In this document: positions 61,020 through 64,000 of the stretch, in pieces
Layout: the number at the start of each line of letters is the position of its first letter
Numbering within the stretch: position 1 is the stretch's first letter
Assembly: GCA_963769425.1 (NCBI GenBank)
Contig: CAVYLP010000001.1
Coordinates: 359,804 to 423,803 of the forward strand
Direction: 5' to 3'
DNA length: 64,000 nucleotides
Source: Candidatus Bathyarchaeota archaeon
GTDB taxonomy: Archaea; Thermoproteota; Bathyarchaeia; TCS64
Notes under the pieces: generated by a model
Told to the model about the DNA's origin: nothing
Database searches by the model: none
Seen by the model: the letters and a program-made list of their open reading frames with translations, nothing else
Made by a program: the position numbers and the translations under genes

Positions 61020-61983
61020 TCAGGACTGATTGTTCAGCCATTTGACCGTCTCTCGGATACCGTCATCGGTTGTATAGGGCAGCGGGCCGCAGATCGCTTC
61101 CGTCTCACGCATGTCGAACTGGTACTGAGTTAACATGTTCTGCTGGCGACGCGAATTGAACGGGACCCCCTCTATTCCCAGTTTTCCCAACACGTCACCC
61201 GCCGATGCAAGGAAGCGAACCAAATTCTTCGGCATGACCGGAATCGGACGGGCCCCAAAGGATCGCTCGAAAAGCATTGCACCAGCCGACAGATCGATCG
61301 GCGCGTAGTCGGCCAGATAGAGGGTGCGACCCTGTATCATTTCCGCCGGTACGCTCAACAGACGTTTATATTGATAGGTGATGTTGCCGATATAGCTGTA
61401 GGATTTGTACAACGGTCCCGGATGCACATGAAAATACAATCCGCGCTTCACCAGCTTCGGGAATCTTTGATAGTGCGGACTGACGCCGGGCCCCCATACT
61501 GTGGTGGGCCGCACGAGGCACCATTCTCTGCCGGCACCGTCTGAAGTCCGCACGATCTCTTCGGTGCGCACCTTGCTTCGGCCATACATCGTATCAGGCT
61601 GGTAATCGAGCGGGCCGGCCGGAACATGGCCGACACGACAAACCAGCTGGGTGGATGTCCAGATACAGCGCTTGACGCTCGGCGTCGCCCGGATCGCCTC
61701 CACCAGATTGGACACACCCTCGATATTTGCTGCGTAACCGCTCAGGCTTTTCGAATTCGAGTCGGGTGCGGGCGGCGAGGTGCACAACGGCATCAGGGGC
61801 GAACTCGCTGACGCATGCAGCGAGCCGGGGTGACGGTGCTCACGAGGTTGTTGACGGTGGCGCCGGTGGAATCTTCCACCGGTTTGCAGTCGAGGCCAGC
61901 AACCGCAACCCCCTGCTGGCCAGATCCTGAACCAGGGCAGCCCCGATAAGGCCGGCGTTTCCGGTAACAAGAACTTTTTTCAC
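61020..61983 (-). CDS. NAD-dependent epimerase/dehydratase, frameshifted
   Basis: VLVTGNAGLIG in one frame; YGRSK and RPTTVWGP in the ORF-track frame. Confidence 0.85.
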
Positions 61984-62427
61984 GGAAACAGACCCCATTT
62001 TAGCCGTCGCATTCGGCCGCCGCCTTTAAAATATCGGACCTCAATGCCTGCAATGGCATTTTCTGTCAACCGGAGCTAGACAAGCTCCGCCAAGGTCGAA
62101 ATGCAGCGATTCCTCGGGTGAATCGAAGGCAAGTCGGATAAATCAGGAGGAGCTGGTTAGTCAAACAGCCCCTTTACAGGGATTGGGAATTTAACGGGAT
62201 TCGTAGCTAAATTTCGCCATGTTTGGAGCTATATGGGGTGCAGCAAGTCACTCGACAGGTCCGGCCCGGAGGCAGCAAGTTCCCTCATCACCATTCTTCA
62301 CGACAAGGCCTTTGTCCCAGCGACCGCAGTCCGATTTCTCAGTTCGGAACTTCTTTGATATGAGCCAATCTCGTAACTCCTCATGGGGGCCTGGCGGAAT
62401 GGGCCCTCGGAAATTTTCCGTACCCTG

Positions 62428-63630
62428 ATGCACATTCTTTTCGCTACACACGGCTATAAGCCCGCTTATCGCATCGGTGGCCCAATCTGGTCGGTGTCTG
62501 CCGTCGCCGAGGCGATGGTCGCTCGCGGACACCGTGTCACGGTGGTTACGACCAATAACAATCTGGATCAGGATCTGGATGTCGTAGTGGACCAGCCCGT
62601 CCTCGTGGACGGCGTGGAAGTTTGGTATTTTCGGTGTCAAGACTTGATGAAAAAATACTTTGGGTGGTCGAACTATTTTTCGCAATCGATGGGCTTTCTG
62701 TTCGCTCCCGCCCTCGTACCCTCAATGCGGCAGATTTTGCCATCCGTCGACATCGTTCACACCCAGATGCCGTTCGTTTATCCGACAATGGGGGCAGGGC
62801 GCCTCGCCATATCCGCGAAAAAGCCGCTGTTTTACAGCCAGCGCGGCAATTTCCATCCAATGCGCCTCGGATATCGGGGCTTGAAGAAGCGGATTTATAT
62901 CGAGCTGTTTGAAAAGCCGATCATGCGCGGAGCCACAGGCCTGATTGCATTGACGCCCGACGAGATCGACAGCTACCGCGCTCTTGGCATCAACTCGCCC
63001 TGCCACATTATCCCGAATGGAATTGACGTTGCCAGGTTCCGGCGAGCGCCTGCTACGGCTTCGCTTTCGGCGGTCGACATCGAGGAATCGGATCAGGTGG
63101 TCCTCTTTCTCGGCCGCCTTCATCCGTCCAAAGGCGTGGATGTATTGCTGAATGCCTTTTTTCAGGTCATATCACGGCACCCCGACGCATTGCTCGTCAT
63201 CGCGGGGCCCGACGAACACGGGTTCGCGGCGCAATTGCTCGACAGGGCCGCGCAGCAAAACCTTGAGCACCGAATTCGCATCCCAGGGATGGTGACGGGT
63301 GATCTCAAGACAGACCTCCTGGCGCGGGCGGACTTGTTTGTTTTGCCTTCGATCGGCGAAGGCCAATCAATGGCCATTCTTGAGGCGCTCGCCAGCGGAA
63401 CCCCCGTCATCATATCGCCGGAATGCAATTTTCCCGATGTTGAGGAGGTCAAAGCAGGGGCGATCGTTGAACGGGATGCCAACCTCGTTGCGCAGGCCAT
63501 CTCTCGCTTTCTCTCCAATTCGGCACTCCGCAGCGCAGCTTCGGATGCGGCGTTTGCCCTCGCGCGCGACAGGTACGGGTGGCCGGCGATTGTCGACAAG
63601 CTGGAGAGCGTCTATCAGGGTGCTCTCTAG
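62428..63630 (+). CDS. Glycosyltransferase family 4
   Basis: GGPIWSV, IPNGID, FLGRLHPSKG, EGQSMAILEALASG. Confidence 0.9.
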   Translation: MHILFATHGYKPAYRIGGPIWSVSAVAEAMVARGHRVTVVTTNNNLDQDLDVVVDQPVLVDGVEVWYFRCQDLMKKYFGWSNYFSQSMGFLFAPALVPSMRQILPSVDIVHTQMPFVYPTMGAGRLAISAKKPLFYSQRGNFHPMRLGYRGLKKRIYIELFEKPIMRGATGLIALTPDEIDSYRALGINSPCHIIPNGIDVARFRRAPATASLSAVDIEESDQVVLFLGRLHPSKGVDVLLNAFFQVISRHPDALLVIAGPDEHGFAAQLLDRAAQQNLEHRIRIPGMVTGDLKTDLLARADLFVLPSIGEGQSMAILEALASGTPVIISPECNFPDVEEVKAGAIVERDANLVAQAISRFLSNSALRSAASDAAFALARDRYGWPAIVDKLESVYQGAL

Positions 63631-63633
63631 CTT

Positions 63634-64000
63634 GTGCGCCATTTTTGGACCGACGAAGTATCGGAAATTCCCGGGGACCGCCTTTTGATCGGACTTGGAT
63701 GGGGCCGCAAGACAGCGATCGCAAATTGCGTCCGCGCGTGGCGGTTGCCTGTTATCGGACTTGTCGTCCTCCTGCATGCCGCTGTCATTGGCGCTGTTTC
63801 GTTCACGCCCAGCTTCAGGGCATCGATCGCAAGTTCTTCGATCGCTGCGGGAGGGGGGAGCGGCTTACATTGCAGCCGTCCATTTGGACAAAGGCTTCCC
63901 CTATGTGCTCCCGGTCGACACGATGGGAGCGCCGTACAAATCCAGGCTCGCGCTGTTTGAGAACGGCAAGCTGCTGGGCCCATCGCATTCTCTGCATGCC
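63634..64000 (+). CDS. Bacterial hypothetical protein, N-terminal part, frameshifted
   Basis: TM segment, then SRLALFENGKLLGPSHSLH in a shifted frame. Confidence 0.4.

Noticed and set aside
1-64000. CRISPR array, cas genes, transposases, rRNA, reverse transcriptase or defence systems
   Set aside because: No regularly spaced repeats or recognisable motifs were seen by eye.
59487-64000. Bacterial glycosylation island horizontally acquired by the archaeon
   Set aside because: Junctions cut genes mid-domain with no mobility signature; a chimera is the simpler explanation.

Overview
Bases 1 to about 59,170 are archaeal chromosome, most likely Bathyarchaeia (inferred from aRF1, archaeal-type ValS, a Cdv/ESCRT-III paralog, GGTGA-type ribosome-binding sites, TATA-like promoters and many amidohydrolases). 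Single-base indels break many genes, including essential valS, so the sequence looks like an error-prone long read or low-coverage assembly. From about 59,170 it switches through two abrupt mid-gene junctions to bacterial DNA (efflux adaptor fragment, then a glycosyltransferase/epimerase cluster), probably a chimera. There are two accessory regions. (1) An AT-richer general-stress cluster (about 15.4-24.2 kb) next to tRNA-Ile: CsbD, lmo0937-like and LEA-like repeat proteins, an RHH regulator, two ABC1/UbiB kinases and a kinase relic. (2) A ~13.7-kb element integrated at tRNA-Leu(CAA), bounded by a perfect 15-bp direct repeat (40343-40357 and 54083-54097), with no integrase left. It carries an unusual arsenic/redox module: arsC, four ArsR, and a tightly coupled operon acr3 - GcvH-like lipoyl carrier - two DGC-domain proteins - atypical OsmC - ArsD-like, plus ferredoxin, P-type H+-ATPase, SufCB (SMS type) and a Cys-rich DUF5714-like protein. 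My best candidate for an undescribed system is lipoyl-dithiol-based arsenite capture or redox relay coupled to Acr3 efflux. All family assignments come from motif recognition; no database searches were run.
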